64,000 nucleotides of DNA, taken from Candidatus Omnitrophota bacterium (lineage in GTDB: Bacteria > Omnitrophota > Gorgyraeia > Duberdicusellales > 4484-171). Made by a program: the position numbers and the translations under genes. The notes under the pieces are model-generated. The model saw only the letters and a program-made list of their open reading frames with translations. It had not been told where the DNA came from and ran no database searches. Below, piece after piece: positions 17,050 through 26,396 of the stretch. The DNA lies in NCBI GenBank assembly GCA_003154195.1, contig PMCS01000006.1, positions 17,676-81,675 on the forward strand, read 5' to 3'. Position 1 is the first letter of the stretch. Each line of letters opens with the position of its first letter.

Positions 17050-18105
17050 ATGGAAAATGTAAAAAAGGTCATAATCGCATTGTTTGGGTATATATACTTC
17101 CTGCAAGGAATGTGCATAATTATCATGCATACCGCTATCTGGACGGTCAGACCGGATTTTCAATATGCATTGAGCACAGGTACGGGCATAGCATTATTGT
17201 GCACGGCAATCGGGCTGTTCAGGTTAAAAGAATTGGCGAGGAAAATCACGATTATTTTAAATATTTTCTTCCTGATTAACACGTGGCTATCCATTTTTTC
17301 GATGTATAAGATAGTGTCAACGGGAAATGGCTGGCTATGGGCTATATGGCATAATATTTGTTTTATTTTGCCGATTTATTTTTTCACTCGACCCGGGATA
17401 AAAGAACAATTCAGAATAAATCCCGCATCAACGCAATTCCCTGGCCCCGCTCCCGCGGCTGATCCTTTAGACACAAATGAAGGCCAAAAACCAATTTCAG
17501 CATGGTTATCTTTAGTATTCCTTATATTACCGTTTGCAGTGGTTATACCTTATTGGTTATTGTCCCCTTCCCCGAAGATCAATTTTTTCAGTGTGCTATT
17601 CATTATTTTCATTTTTACATCATCCATAATCGCCGCTATATCTTTCATAATGATAGCGTTTATCCGCAAAGAAAAGCCGCTACGATTCTTTCGATTGGTA
17701 CTATGGGCAAATATCATTGTTATCGGCTCAATAGTCGCCAACCTATACCTTGCAGGCCAAAAAACAAAAGAAATAGAAGAGCGAGTAACCCGTGAGGTGG
17801 AAAACCGTGATCCAGTTATAATCGCTTTCCGCAAACAGAAAATCGTCCCTCTCATGGTTACCTATTTCGACCTTGCGTGCTTTGAAGCTGAAGATAAATA
17901 CCCTCTTGATAATCAGGCGATAGAAAGAAAGAAAAAACTCGCGTTAAATGCCATTATAAACCATATCGACCGTAACGATTATACCGAATATATATTTAGT
18001 CGCAGCCACCCGGAAAGTATTTTTTATATCAAAACAACTTATAATGGATATAGAAAATTAAAACATAATCTCTATGTAAAATTTATAAACCTAGTTAACG
18101 AATAA
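17050..18105 (+). CDS. Hypothetical polytopic membrane protein with about 120-aa cytoplasmic C-terminal domain
   Basis: 351 aa with multiple hydrophobic segments. No family recognised from the sequence. Low-GC island gene. Confidence 0.6.
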   Translation: MENVKKVIIALFGYIYFLQGMCIIIMHTAIWTVRPDFQYALSTGTGIALLCTAIGLFRLKELARKITIILNIFFLINTWLSIFSMYKIVSTGNGWLWAIWHNICFILPIYFFTRPGIKEQFRINPASTQFPGPAPAADPLDTNEGQKPISAWLSLVFLILPFAVVIPYWLLSPSPKINFFSVLFIIFIFTSSIIAAISFIMIAFIRKEKPLRFFRLVLWANIIVIGSIVANLYLAGQKTKEIEERVTREVENRDPVIIAFRKQKIVPLMVTYFDLACFEAEDKYPLDNQAIERKKKLALNAIINHIDRNDYTEYIFSRSHPESIFYIKTTYNGYRKLKHNLYVKFINLVNE

Positions 18106-18202
18106 GCCGGACCAGGAACTTAAAATTAAACAAAAAGAAATCCAGGGTTTATCACCAAAAAAACTACGGGGTCAAACACTGAAAGCTGAAAAGAAAATAA
18201 AA

Positions 18203-18260
18203 CATCTAACAAACTAATCCAGCGAGATCTCGCCAAGGGCGGACCGCTGATTTTTGTGTT
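18203..18260 (+). terminator. Terminator cassette T2 (atctaacaaactaatccagcgagatctcgccaagggcggaccgctgatttttgtgtt)
   Basis: Stem followed by a T-run. A second copy is at 22069..22135. Confidence 0.55.
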
Positions 18261-18285
18261 ATAATAAAAAGAATAGAGAAAAATT

Positions 18286-19047
18286 ATGAAAAACATTTTT
18301 TGGGCTGTAATTCTCATCGGTGTTTTCTTTGTAACATCTCCCGTCATGGCGAATCAGGACGTTTATAACAGTTTACAATCTACTTTAATTTTAGTGGGTG
18401 AATATACCGGTAATAAAAATTACGATACCGATGCTCATGCTTGGCGTCTTGATTACAAAGTGATAACCATTCTGCAGAATAGCAACAATTCGAACCCAAT
18501 CTATTTTATAACACATTTCTTCAGTATGGATTGTAAACCAGGTCGCATTATTACGGTAAGAGGAATAGTGGATTGGAATAAGGAGAACGCGGAAAAAACC
18601 GAGATAAACAGCCGCTGGATTCTGTTTTTGGAAAATAAATACAATATTAAATACAATAAATACGCCGATTATCCTGGATCGTATCACAGTTTAAGAATCC
18701 CCGCAAGTCAGAATAACATGGATAAAATAAAAAAAGAAATGGAGATTAAAAAAAATCTATATTCCAAATCCTGCGATCAGCTGTCAAAACTCTGGAAAGA
18801 CAATTATAAAAAATTAGACAAAAGCTGTTCAAACGACAGCGATTGCATGAAAAGACCGTCTGCTGATTGCGGAAGAGACTGCATCAACAATATAAACGCA
18901 AACAATGCCGCGATCGAGGAAATGTGTTGGAAACTAGATGGTGCTCGTATAGACAAAGGCTGCATCCCCCAGGGTGAGTGTTCCCCTTATATAACTGAAT
19001 GTAAATGCGTAGACAAACAATGTTCCGCGATAGAGAAAAAGCCTTAG
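18286..19047 (+). CDS. Hypothetical secreted protein with Cys-rich C-terminal domain
   Basis: Signal peptide MKNIFWAVILIGVFFVTSPVMA. The C-terminal 90 aa contain 13 Cys (CSNDSDC, CGRDC, CIPQGEC, CKCVDKQC). AT-rich codon usage. Confidence 0.6.
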   Translation: MKNIFWAVILIGVFFVTSPVMANQDVYNSLQSTLILVGEYTGNKNYDTDAHAWRLDYKVITILQNSNNSNPIYFITHFFSMDCKPGRIITVRGIVDWNKENAEKTEINSRWILFLENKYNIKYNKYADYPGSYHSLRIPASQNNMDKIKKEMEIKKNLYSKSCDQLSKLWKDNYKKLDKSCSNDSDCMKRPSADCGRDCINNINANNAAIEEMCWKLDGARIDKGCIPQGECSPYITECKCVDKQCSAIEKKP

Positions 19048-19161
19048 ACGTAAGCGAGCTAAACGAAAGACGGTTATAACAACGCGCTGCAGGCGACAAA
19101 ACCTGCGGTTTTGCGCCTGAGCTTGGATGTTATGGTTAAAAATATTAGGAGGAATTTATAT

Positions 19162-19800
19162 ATGGCTAGTTTGGAAAAATCGGGATTAGAAATTGTCGCC
19201 AAATTAATGTCAATATCTGCTAGGACCGCTCCAAAGTCCGGCGGTATTGACCATGTACATATAATGGTTGCGTCTTCCAGTAAACAAAAATCTATCGCTG
19301 GCATGATGAAAAAAGTTGCAGAACAAATTTGTCAAAAATTACCAAATAGCAAGCTTGGAAATGCAATAAAAGAAGATTGGGAAAGTGATGCCAGTAGTAT
19401 CATAGAATCCGGCCTTCTGGTGCTAATAGGAGTTGAAGGTAGAAAAGCAATAGGTCTGAATTGTGGAGGATGTGGATTTTCTACCTGTTCAGAAATGTTA
19501 AAACATCGTCGAATTTCCTTAACAGAACATAGTCTTATTGGTCCTTATTGTATTTTTAAAGTAATGGATTTAAGTATTGCGTCAGCATCAGCAGTTAAAA
19601 CTGCAATGGAACACAATGTTGATAACCGTATGATGTATAAAGCAGGAGTTGCGGCTTTAAAATTAGGTATTTTAAATCCATGTGATTTAATAATGGGCAT
19701 ACCGCTATCAGCGACAGGAAAAAATATTTATTTTGATAGAACAGATAAACTTGATGCATGGAAGGTAATCAAATCGAATAAAAATAATAAAGAACCATAA
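19162..19800 (+). CDS. Hypothetical protein with a CGGCGFSTC Cys motif (possible metal/Fe-S binding)
   Basis: Start set at the ATG 9 nt after SD aggagg (track ORF begins at TTG 19111). Motif NCGGCGFSTC plus distal C residues. Resemblance to DUF2148-type ferredoxin-domain proteins is a recollection. Confidence 0.5.
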   Translation: MASLEKSGLEIVAKLMSISARTAPKSGGIDHVHIMVASSSKQKSIAGMMKKVAEQICQKLPNSKLGNAIKEDWESDASSIIESGLLVLIGVEGRKAIGLNCGGCGFSTCSEMLKHRRISLTEHSLIGPYCIFKVMDLSIASASAVKTAMEHNVDNRMMYKAGVAALKLGILNPCDLIMGIPLSATGKNIYFDRTDKLDAWKVIKSNKNNKEP

Positions 19801-19851
19801 CAATTTCATCCAGCGGATTTTGCCTGCGGCAAAACCGCTGATTATTGTGTT
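19796..19851 (+). terminator. Terminator cassette T1 copy 2 (ataacaatttcatccagcggattttgcctgcggcaaaaccgctgattatt)
   Basis: 13-bp stem cagcggttttgcc with a one-base bulge, then a T-rich tail. Near-identical to 16556..16611. Confidence 0.6.
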
Positions 19852-20202
19852 ATGCAAATATTAATAATTATACTGATAATTGTCGGGCTAATTGCAATTG
19901 GCAATATTTATAGTTTCATAAAATATTTAAATGCCGCAACGGAGCATGAAAAACAGGAAAACTATAAAGAAGCTTGTTTTTCATATTCTCAGCTTTTATT
20001 GCACTCTTTGTTCTCGAAAATCCACGGAACATATTACAAAATGAAAATTCAATCGTTGTGGAATACCAATGGTCCTTTTGATTATGAATATAAATACAAC
20101 AATATCATACAAAACAGAGAAGATACCGGTGACAACGAAATAGAATTAAGAGATACCATACAATACATTGGTAAAATTGTTGACGAAAATAAAAATGCAT
20201 AA
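19852..20202 (+). CDS. Hypothetical small membrane-anchored protein
   Basis: N-terminal TM helix MQILIIILIIVGLIAIGNIY. No SD, and the start overlaps the T1 cassette, so the start is uncertain. Confidence 0.4.
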   Translation: MQILIIILIIVGLIAIGNIYSFIKYLNAATEHEKQENYKEACFSYSQLLLHSLFSKIHGTYYKMKIQSLWNTNGPFDYEYKYNNIIQNREDTGDNEIELRDTIQYIGKIVDENKNA

Positions 20203-20270
20203 CAACTCCTTTCAGCGTACGTCAGGGCTGCGCCCTGCCACCGCTGAAGCCGATGTTATAGGAGGGAAAA

Positions 20271-20912
20271 ATGCGGAAATTATTTTTAGCGATTATCTTT
20301 TCTTTATTTTGGCCGGGAGCAACTGGTCCTTATATTCTTTATGCGCAGTCAACAGAGCTTTCCCAGGATAAAAACGGAAATCTTGAACTTCACGTGGTAA
20401 CAGATGAAAACGTTGATATCAAGGTGTTTATTGATGATAAGCTTGCGGTGGACGAACAGTTTCACAAACAGCGAGAAAAATATTCTATAGGAATTGCTCC
20501 ACATAAGGTATTTTGTTTTAATCTTCAACCGGGCAAACATACGCTGTGGGCTGAGGCCAACCCGGGAAAACAGAGTTTTGCGGGTGAGTTTGAAATAAGG
20601 GATAAAGGAGTTGTGATAACACAAAGCTTCGGCCTATTCAATGTTGGCGCCGAGACCGTATTCGACGACTTAATAAAGAACGGCTATATTGACGTTAATG
20701 GTATAATCCGGGAAAAGTTTAAACAGATTGCAGAGTACTCCCAAATGAAGTTAAGCCAAGACTATCGCGACTGGGAAAAACAAAAGATTTATAACATTTT
20801 GCGACAGAGCGATAAACGATGGCTTTCGCTTAGTTACGTTGATCCTCAACGGATAAAGCAAAAGGAACAATTTACTTTGGAAGCGTACGATTGGCAGATT
20901 ATGTATCAATGA
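20271..20912 (+). CDS. Hypothetical secreted protein
   Basis: SD ggaggg 6 nt upstream. Signal peptide MRKLFLAIIFSLFWPGATGPYILYA. No recognisable domain. Confidence 0.6.
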   Translation: MRKLFLAIIFSLFWPGATGPYILYAQSTELSQDKNGNLELHVVTDENVDIKVFIDDKLAVDEQFHKQREKYSIGIAPHKVFCFNLQPGKHTLWAEANPGKQSFAGEFEIRDKGVVITQSFGLFNVGAETVFDDLIKNGYIDVNGIIREKFKQIAEYSQMKLSQDYRDWEKQKIYNILRQSDKRWLSLSYVDPQRIKQKEQFTLEAYDWQIMYQ

Positions 20913-20994
20913 TTGCCTTCGCCGGATAACTCGACTGTGATTTTATTAAAAAATAAAGAAGAACACCCAAGAAAACAAAATTTGGGAAAAAAAC

Positions 20995-21510
20995 CCTATA
21001 ACAAATCAATCAACCGGACTTTTTCGCGGCTTTTTAAAGCCGCTCAAAAGCCGGTTATTTCTATGTTGCGCGAAATCCAAATAATATAGAATCAGTATTT
21101 ATTAATGAGACTTCGTCGAACGAACGTGCGAAGTGCATTCAGTGAGGCGGTAGTGAAACTTATCCTGCCGTATTCGGCGGGATGTAGTTGAACTATCCCC
21201 GCAGGGGGTAGTCGAATTAGCGCAACGCGGAGCTCAGGCTTCGCCGTTCCGCGCTTTGTCGCGCCTAAATTAAAAAATCGTACGCGCACGCGAAGCACCT
21301 TAATGTAAGCATGCAGCGAGTCCCGCCGTAGGCGGGGACAAATCGCTTCCGCCAAAAACAAGATACGGCGGACAGGCCATCGGAAATCGCGTATAAGTAC
21401 GCGGATAAACCTGCCACCTATATCATTTAATAGTAAGCAGGCTTATCCGCTACCTTGATAGCGCAATGGAGTTTATCCTGAGCGAAGTCGAAGGGCTGAG
21501 CTCCGCGGTA
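20995..21510. repeat. Hairpin module (ccggactttttcgcggctttttaaagccgctcaaaagccgg) plus element A copy 3 (longest, about 450 bp)
   Basis: Begins gttgcgcgaaatccaaataatatagaatcagtatttatt + ttaatgagacttcgtcg..., with the same body as copy 2 plus extra internal sequence, and ends ctgagctccgcggta. The antisense ORF 21092..21361 is repeat-derived. Confidence 0.9.
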
Positions 21511-21598
21511 GAACTATATGAAAAATAAAGTCGTAAATTTTACCGCAAAAACACAGCAAATATGTTATAATTTAGCCAAGAACATAGGAGGAATAAAA

Positions 21599-21778
21599 AT
21601 GAGCCCAATAAAATTAGAAGCAAAAAAATTGATCAGCCGTTTACCGGACAGCGCGACATGGGACGACATACTTTACGAATTCCATGTTAAAAGGAAAATC
21701 GATATTGCCCTCGATGCTGTAAAGAGTGGCAAAATTATTTCTCACGAACAAGCTAAAAAGCGCCTGTTATCAAAATGA
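21599..21778 (+). CDS. Type II antitoxin (putative addiction-module antitoxin partner of the ParE/RelE toxin)
   Basis: SD aggagg. 59 aa (MSPIKLEAKKLISRLPDSATWDDILYEFHVKRKIDIALDAVKSGKIISHEQAKKRLLSK). ATGA overlap with the downstream toxin. Confidence 0.65.
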   Translation: MSPIKLEAKKLISRLPDSATWDDILYEFHVKRKIDIALDAVKSGKIISHEQAKKRLLSK

Positions 21779-22068
21779 CAATACTCTGGTCAGAGCCATC
21801 CATTTCGGATTTAAAAAATATTAAAGACTATATCGCCAAAGACTCCCCTTATTATGCCGCCATCTTTATTGAAAAAATAATTACCGCCGTCGAAAAACTT
21901 GCCACCCTTCCACTCGTCGGACGCATCGTTACTGAATGTAACGACAAACACATAAGAGAAGTAATATATCAACACTACCGAATAATTTACAAAATTAATC
22001 ATAAAGCCCTCATCATCTTAACCGTGGTGCATGGCGGCCGTGATTTGTCCGGCTGGGCTAAAAAATAA
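21775..22068 (+). CDS. ParE/RelE-family type II toxin
   Basis: 97 aa with the typical ParE-like pattern ...YYAAIFIEKIITAVEKLATLPLVGRIV...REVIYQHYRIIYKI...ILTVVHGGRDL. Confidence 0.75.
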   Translation: MTILWSEPSISDLKNIKDYIAKDSPYYAAIFIEKIITAVEKLATLPLVGRIVTECNDKHIREVIYQHYRIIYKINHKALIILTVVHGGRDLSGWAKK

Positions 22069-22135
22069 TCAAATTGCTAACCGATCAATCCAGCGAGATC
22101 TCGCCAAAGGCGGACTGCTGATTTATGCGTTGCGC
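22069..22135 (+). terminator. Terminator cassette T2 copy 2 followed by a truncated element-A start (gttgcgcgaaat)
   Basis: aatccagcgagatctcgccaaaggcggactgctgatttatgcgttgcgcgaaat. Confidence 0.55.
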
Positions 22136-22248
22136 GAAATATAATTACTAAAGGTGATCATGTAATGGAGAAATCTCGGCTTCTACTAAAAGAAGTATTT
22201 TCTATCCGCGAAGCGGGCGGCATTTATTTTTTACGGAGTAAAAAATAA

Positions 22249-23871
22249 ATGAATTTTGCTCAGTTCCAAAAACCCCAGCGCTATATCGGCAATGAGTGGA
22301 ATGTCGTCAAAAAAGATCATGCCGGTAGGATAAAAATATGCCTGTCTTACCCTGATACCTACGAAATCGGGATGAGCAATCTAGGTTTACGCATCATCTA
22401 TTCCCTGCTTAACGATTTCGACGATGTTGTTTGCGAGCGGGTTTTCCTGCCCGACGATGATTTTGCCGCGTTTTTCCGAAATTCCCAAGCCCCGCTTTTT
22501 TCCCTGGAGACAAAAACTGCGTTAAAAGATTTCGAGGTTATCGGTTTTAATCTAAGCTGCGAACTTAATCTCACTAATTTTTTAGATATTCTTTCTTTGG
22601 GAGGCATTCCGCTATTGGCCGCCGAGCGCGAGAAAGTGATTATTGTGGGGGGAGGCATTGCCAATCCTGAACCGGTAGCGGATTTTGTCGATGTGTTTTT
22701 TATGGGAGAGTTTGAAGATTCTGCCGCCGCTTTTGTCGAGGTTTTGCGCAAAGTCAAAGATAAAGAGGAACGCCTTAAGGCGCTGGCGCAAATCGACGGG
22801 TTCTATGTCCCGAAATTTTACGCTGCCGGTTTTAACGGCGCTAAATATTCTTTTGAAAAAAAATACGCTGCTGCGAATTTTCCCATCCGCCGCATGTTTG
22901 TAAAAGATTTCAATAACGCGCCTCATCCGGATAAATGGCTTGTTCCTTATGGGCAGATTGTCCATGACCGCGTCCAGGTCGAGATCGCCCGCGGATGCCC
23001 CAACGCCTGCGTTTTTTGCCAGGCACGCGCGGTTTACCGCCCTTATCGCGAGCGGAGCATCCCGGCGATCATGGATATTTTAAGAAAAAGTTACGAGAAT
23101 AGCGGTTATGAGGAATTTACCCTGCTGGCGCTCTCCGTATCGAATTATTCCCATATTGAGGAACTGATCGATGAAAGCATCGATTATTTTAAAGATAAGA
23201 AGGTAGGACTATCGCTGCCATCTTTACGCGTGGATGATATTCTGGGCCGCCTGCATTCCAAGCTTTCAAGCATAAAAAATAGTTCCTTAACGGTTGCGGT
23301 AGAGGCGGCCAGGGATTGTCTGCGCGATAAATTAAATAAGAAAATAGATTTAGCGAAGCTTTTTGAGGCAGGGCAAATCCTGCGCGCGTTAAAAATAAGA
23401 AAGGCCAAGCTTTATTTCATGTTCGGATTTTCCGATGAAACCGATGAAGATTTAGCCGCGATCGGTAAGTTTTTGCACGAATTGAGCTATAAGACGCGGT
23501 TGAATTTAAACGTGAGTATTAATGTGTTTGTGCCTAAGCCTTTTTCCCTGTGGGAGGGTGAAAAAATGGATAGTGAGGAAACCCTGCTCAATAAACGGCA
23601 AATTATCCTTAACCACGCTCCGGCGGTAAGATATATCGATATTTCGATATCGTCGATAAAGAAAAGTATTTTTGAAGGTATCGTGAGCCGTGCCGATCGA
23701 AGTTTTTCCCGTGTTTTGCTTAACGCCTACAGGAAAGGAGCGCGCCGCGATTCCAGTTCCGAGCGCTTTAACTGGGATATCTGGGAAGCGGCGATGAAGG
23801 AGGAAGGATTCGACTGGCATTTTTGTTTAGAGGCGAAAACGGAGAATCATCCGTGGAATATTATTGAATAA
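22249..23871 (+). CDS. Radical SAM protein with N-terminal B12-binding-like domain (TIGR03960-type uncharacterised rSAM)
   Basis: CxxxCxxC motif in VEIARGCPNACVFCQARAVY. 540 aa. Preceded by the conserved short leader ttttttacggagtaaaaaataaATG. Confidence 0.85.
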   Translation: MNFAQFQKPQRYIGNEWNVVKKDHAGRIKICLSYPDTYEIGMSNLGLRIIYSLLNDFDDVVCERVFLPDDDFAAFFRNSQAPLFSLETKTALKDFEVIGFNLSCELNLTNFLDILSLGGIPLLAAEREKVIIVGGGIANPEPVADFVDVFFMGEFEDSAAAFVEVLRKVKDKEERLKALAQIDGFYVPKFYAAGFNGAKYSFEKKYAAANFPIRRMFVKDFNNAPHPDKWLVPYGQIVHDRVQVEIARGCPNACVFCQARAVYRPYRERSIPAIMDILRKSYENSGYEEFTLLALSVSNYSHIEELIDESIDYFKDKKVGLSLPSLRVDDILGRLHSKLSSIKNSSLTVAVEAARDCLRDKLNKKIDLAKLFEAGQILRALKIRKAKLYFMFGFSDETDEDLAAIGKFLHELSYKTRLNLNVSINVFVPKPFSLWEGEKMDSEETLLNKRQIILNHAPAVRYIDISISSIKKSIFEGIVSRADRSFSRVLLNAYRKGARRDSSSERFNWDIWEAAMKEEGFDWHFCLEAKTENHPWNIIE

Positions 23872-23877
23872 AATATT

Positions 23878-23962
23878 GTAGGGGCAGGGTCACCCTGCCC
23901 GGATAAACAATCGATAATTTTCGCCAAATAAAATAATCGGGCGGGGAAACCCAGCCCCTACA
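23878..23962. repeat. REP doublet (BIME-like): GTAG-gggcagggtcaccctgccc ... gggcggggaaacccagcccc-CTAC in inverted orientation
   Basis: GTAG/CTAC termini and GC-rich palindromes seen directly. Same GTAGGG type as the hairpins flanking the RAYT. Confidence 0.7.
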
Positions 23963-23993
23963 ATCTTTTCGTGGTTAACCTGATAAATTTTAC

Positions 23994-24305
23994 ATGGACA
24001 TTCAGAAATACCCCATCAAAGTTACCTTGCATAAACGCGGCGAGATGATTTATTTCTCCCAGCTCGATATGGTGCGTATTTTAGAACGCGCTTTGCGCCG
24101 GGCCGGCCTTCCGATATATTTCACCCAGGGGTTTAACCCCCATGTTAAATTAAGTTTTTTAAACGGGCTCAAGCTCGGCGTGGATGGCAGCTTGGAGGTT
24201 GTTTTGTATTTTACGCAAAAAATCGAACCGGATTCTGTGCGGCAAAAACTTATTCCGCAGTTACCGGAAGGTTTGGATATTATCGGCTGTGAGGTAAAAA
24301 ATTAG
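23994..24305 (+). CDS. Radical-SAM-linked small protein (DUF2344/TIGR03936-like)
   Basis: 103 aa, immediately downstream of the rSAM gene. The conserved rSAM plus small-partner pairing is recalled from memory. No SD. Confidence 0.55.
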   Translation: MDIQKYPIKVTLHKRGEMIYFSQLDMVRILERALRRAGLPIYFTQGFNPHVKLSFLNGLKLGVDGSLEVVLYFTQKIEPDSVRQKLIPQLPEGLDIIGCEVKN

Positions 24306-24385
24306 TCATCGGGCAGTTTGTCTTATAAGTTAAAAAACCCGCTTTTTGAAAGCGGGTTTTTTAACTTATCCACCGATGACTATGT
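24304..24385. terminator. Bidirectional intrinsic terminator embedded in an about 80-bp extended palindrome
   Basis: tagtcatcgggcag...cttataagttaaaaaacccgctttttgaaagcgggttttttaacttat...ccaccgatgacta. The core aacccgcttt-ttgaa-agcgggtt is flanked by A-run and T-run. Sits between convergent genes. Confidence 0.85.
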
Positions 24386-24391
24386 AAAAAA

Positions 24392-24754
24392 TTATCGTAC
24401 GATATATCTTGTTCTTATGCTTTGTGCTTTGAAAAATTCCTTGGTAAATTTAGCCGCTAATCTATAGTCGTAAGGTTTGCAGGAAAACACATTGAGGTAC
24501 GCTTTTAACCAGTATTCGCTGAAATGGCCGGTAATCGAGCTGGTTTCAATGAATTGTAAGAGCGAATACCCTTTTGTTTGAGGTTTTTCCAACCCGAAAT
24601 AGGGCAGTTGAACTCCCTTATATTTTTTCATATCAATAAGCTTGCATAGTCTATCGACATATTCGGCAAGTTTTTTCTTGGAACTCATAACTGCGATGTC
24701 ACAATCCGAAAGATCCATGATCAGTTCAAAACCAAAAGTCCTTTCTTTACCCAT
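24392..24754 (-). CDS. Pyruvoyl-dependent decarboxylase of the S-adenosylmethionine decarboxylase (SpeH) family
   Basis: 120 aa. Aligns to SpeH from memory: GFELIMDLSDCD, LLQFIETSSITGHFSE vs ISESHLTIHTWPE, and VFSCK vs LFTCG. The cleavage-site context is TS rather than ES. Substrate (SAM vs arginine) cannot be set from sequence. Confidence 0.7.
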   Translation of the reverse strand: MGKERTFGFELIMDLSDCDIAVMSSKKKLAEYVDRLCKLIDMKKYKGVQLPYFGLEKPQTKGYSLLQFIETSSITGHFSEYWLKAYLNVFSCKPYDYRLAAKFTKEFFKAQSIRTRYIVR

Positions 24755-25068
24755 TACCTTTGCCCTCCAAAGTGTTTAGTGATTATTAGTCGGTATATTA
24801 ACTTTTTGTTTCTTGAGGCCTGCGTGATTTATTATAGTTAGGAAAGTATTTTCTACCCTTAGAGGCGCAAATACTTTTCTGGACCATATAAAGAATCACT
24901 TTCTTATAACATATTTTTTTATTCTTTGCAATATATTTTTTTGCTAGTTCTTTTAACGATTGCGCAAAGCGTACTCCGCGTGGGCAGTAGTGAAATTTAG
25001 ACGTTTAGCGCGATTTACCCCGTTAGAGAAAGCCGCCGTCGGCGCAGACCGTTAGAGAGCGAAGTTCT

Positions 25069-26322
25069 CTAACGGGGTTTACTTTTTTTTGCGCGTGGCG
25101 CGGGAAACTTTTTTTCTTGTATTTGCGTCGGCAGTCCTATTTCGCCTAATAATCCCAGGAACGGTACCGGGTCTAATTCTTCTACGTTGACCATTGTTTT
25201 GGGATCCCAAATGCCTTTGGCGATAAGCATTGCCGCGGCTACCGGCGGTACGCCGGCGGTATAGGATATCGCCTGTGATTCAACTTCCCCATAGCATTCC
25301 GCGTGATCGCAGATATTGTAAATAAAAATCTCTTTTTTCCTGCCGTTTTTTACGCCCTGGACAAGAGTGCCGATACAGGTTTTTCCCGTATAATTGGGCG
25401 CAAGTGAAGACGGGTCAGGCAACAGGGATTTTAAAACTTTTAGCGGTACGACTTCTATCCCTTCAGCGGTTTTGATCGGCTTTTCCGAAGTTAAACCCAG
25501 ATTAGTCAATACGGTAAATACATTTATATAGTGGTCGCTAAATCCCATCCAGAAGCGGATGGAGTTGGCGTTGATATTTCTTGCCAGGGAGTGCAGCTCG
25601 TCGTGGCCGTTCAGGTAAATGGGCATTTTACCGACTACCGGAAAATCATATATTTTTTTGATTGAATGGACTTTTTCGGCTACCCATTTTCGGTCAGCCC
25701 ACGTCCAGACTTTTTTGAATTCCCGGAAATTTATTTCCGGGTCGAAATTGGTGGCAAAATATTTTCCGTGGTTTCCGGCGTTGACGTCCATGATGTCGAT
25801 TGTATCAATCGTATCGAGGTATTTTTTAGCCGCCAAAGCGCAATAGGCGTTTACTACTCCCGGGTCAAAGCCGGCGCCTAGTATCGCGGTAATGCCCTTT
25901 TCTCTGCAGCGGTCTTTGCGTTTCCACTCGTAGTTGGCGTACCACGGCGGGTCTTCGCATACTTTATTCGGTTCTTCATGGATGGCCGTATCGATGTAGG
26001 CGGCGCCTGTCTGGAGACAAGCCTCGAGAACCGACATATTTATATAAGCCTGGCCTAAATTGATTACAATCTTGGAGTTGGTTTTATGTATTAAGCTGAC
26101 GGTGGCGGGGACATCCAGGGCGTTAACCTGTCGGGAGTATATTCTTTTTGTTTTAATTTTTATGCTGTTTTTTCGTTTAACACTGTCAATGATCGCTTCG
26201 CATTTACTCGGCGTTCGGGAAGCGATGCAGATATCTCCTAATACGTCATTGTTTTGCGCGCATTTATGCGCGGCGACATGGGCAACCCCCCCGGCGCCGA
26301 TGATCAGTATGTTATTTTTCAT
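25069..26322 (-). CDS. Carboxynorspermidine/carboxyspermidine dehydrogenase (saccharopine dehydrogenase-like)
   Basis: N-terminal Rossmann motif ILIIGAGGVAHVAAHKCAQ. 417 aa. Adjacent to the carboxynorspermidine decarboxylase. Confidence 0.8.
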   Translation of the reverse strand: MKNNILIIGAGGVAHVAAHKCAQNNDVLGDICIASRTPSKCEAIIDSVKRKNSIKIKTKRIYSRQVNALDVPATVSLIHKTNSKIVINLGQAYINMSVLEACLQTGAAYIDTAIHEEPNKVCEDPPWYANYEWKRKDRCREKGITAILGAGFDPGVVNAYCALAAKKYLDTIDTIDIMDVNAGNHGKYFATNFDPEINFREFKKVWTWADRKWVAEKVHSIKKIYDFPVVGKMPIYLNGHDELHSLARNINANSIRFWMGFSDHYINVFTVLTNLGLTSEKPIKTAEGIEVVPLKVLKSLLPDPSSLAPNYTGKTCIGTLVQGVKNGRKKEIFIYNICDHAECYGEVESQAISYTAGVPPVAAAMLIAKGIWDPKTMVNVEELDPVPFLGLLGEIGLPTQIQEKKFPAPRAKKSKPR

Positions 26323-26396
26323 AGTTATTTTTCCTCCTCAATTTTTCCCGATATATCGGGAAAAATTGACCCTGAGGCCAAAAAGGCCGAAGAGCC

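Noticed and set aside
16556-22135. Integron-like cassette array, based on hairpin cassettes with ATCTAAC / GTTRRRY-like ends after each island gene
   Set aside because: The putative R'' and R' boxes are not mutually complementary beyond AAC/GTT. No intI integrase or attI is present in the window. The hairpins are followed by T-rich tracts and are more simply explained as reused intrinsic terminators.
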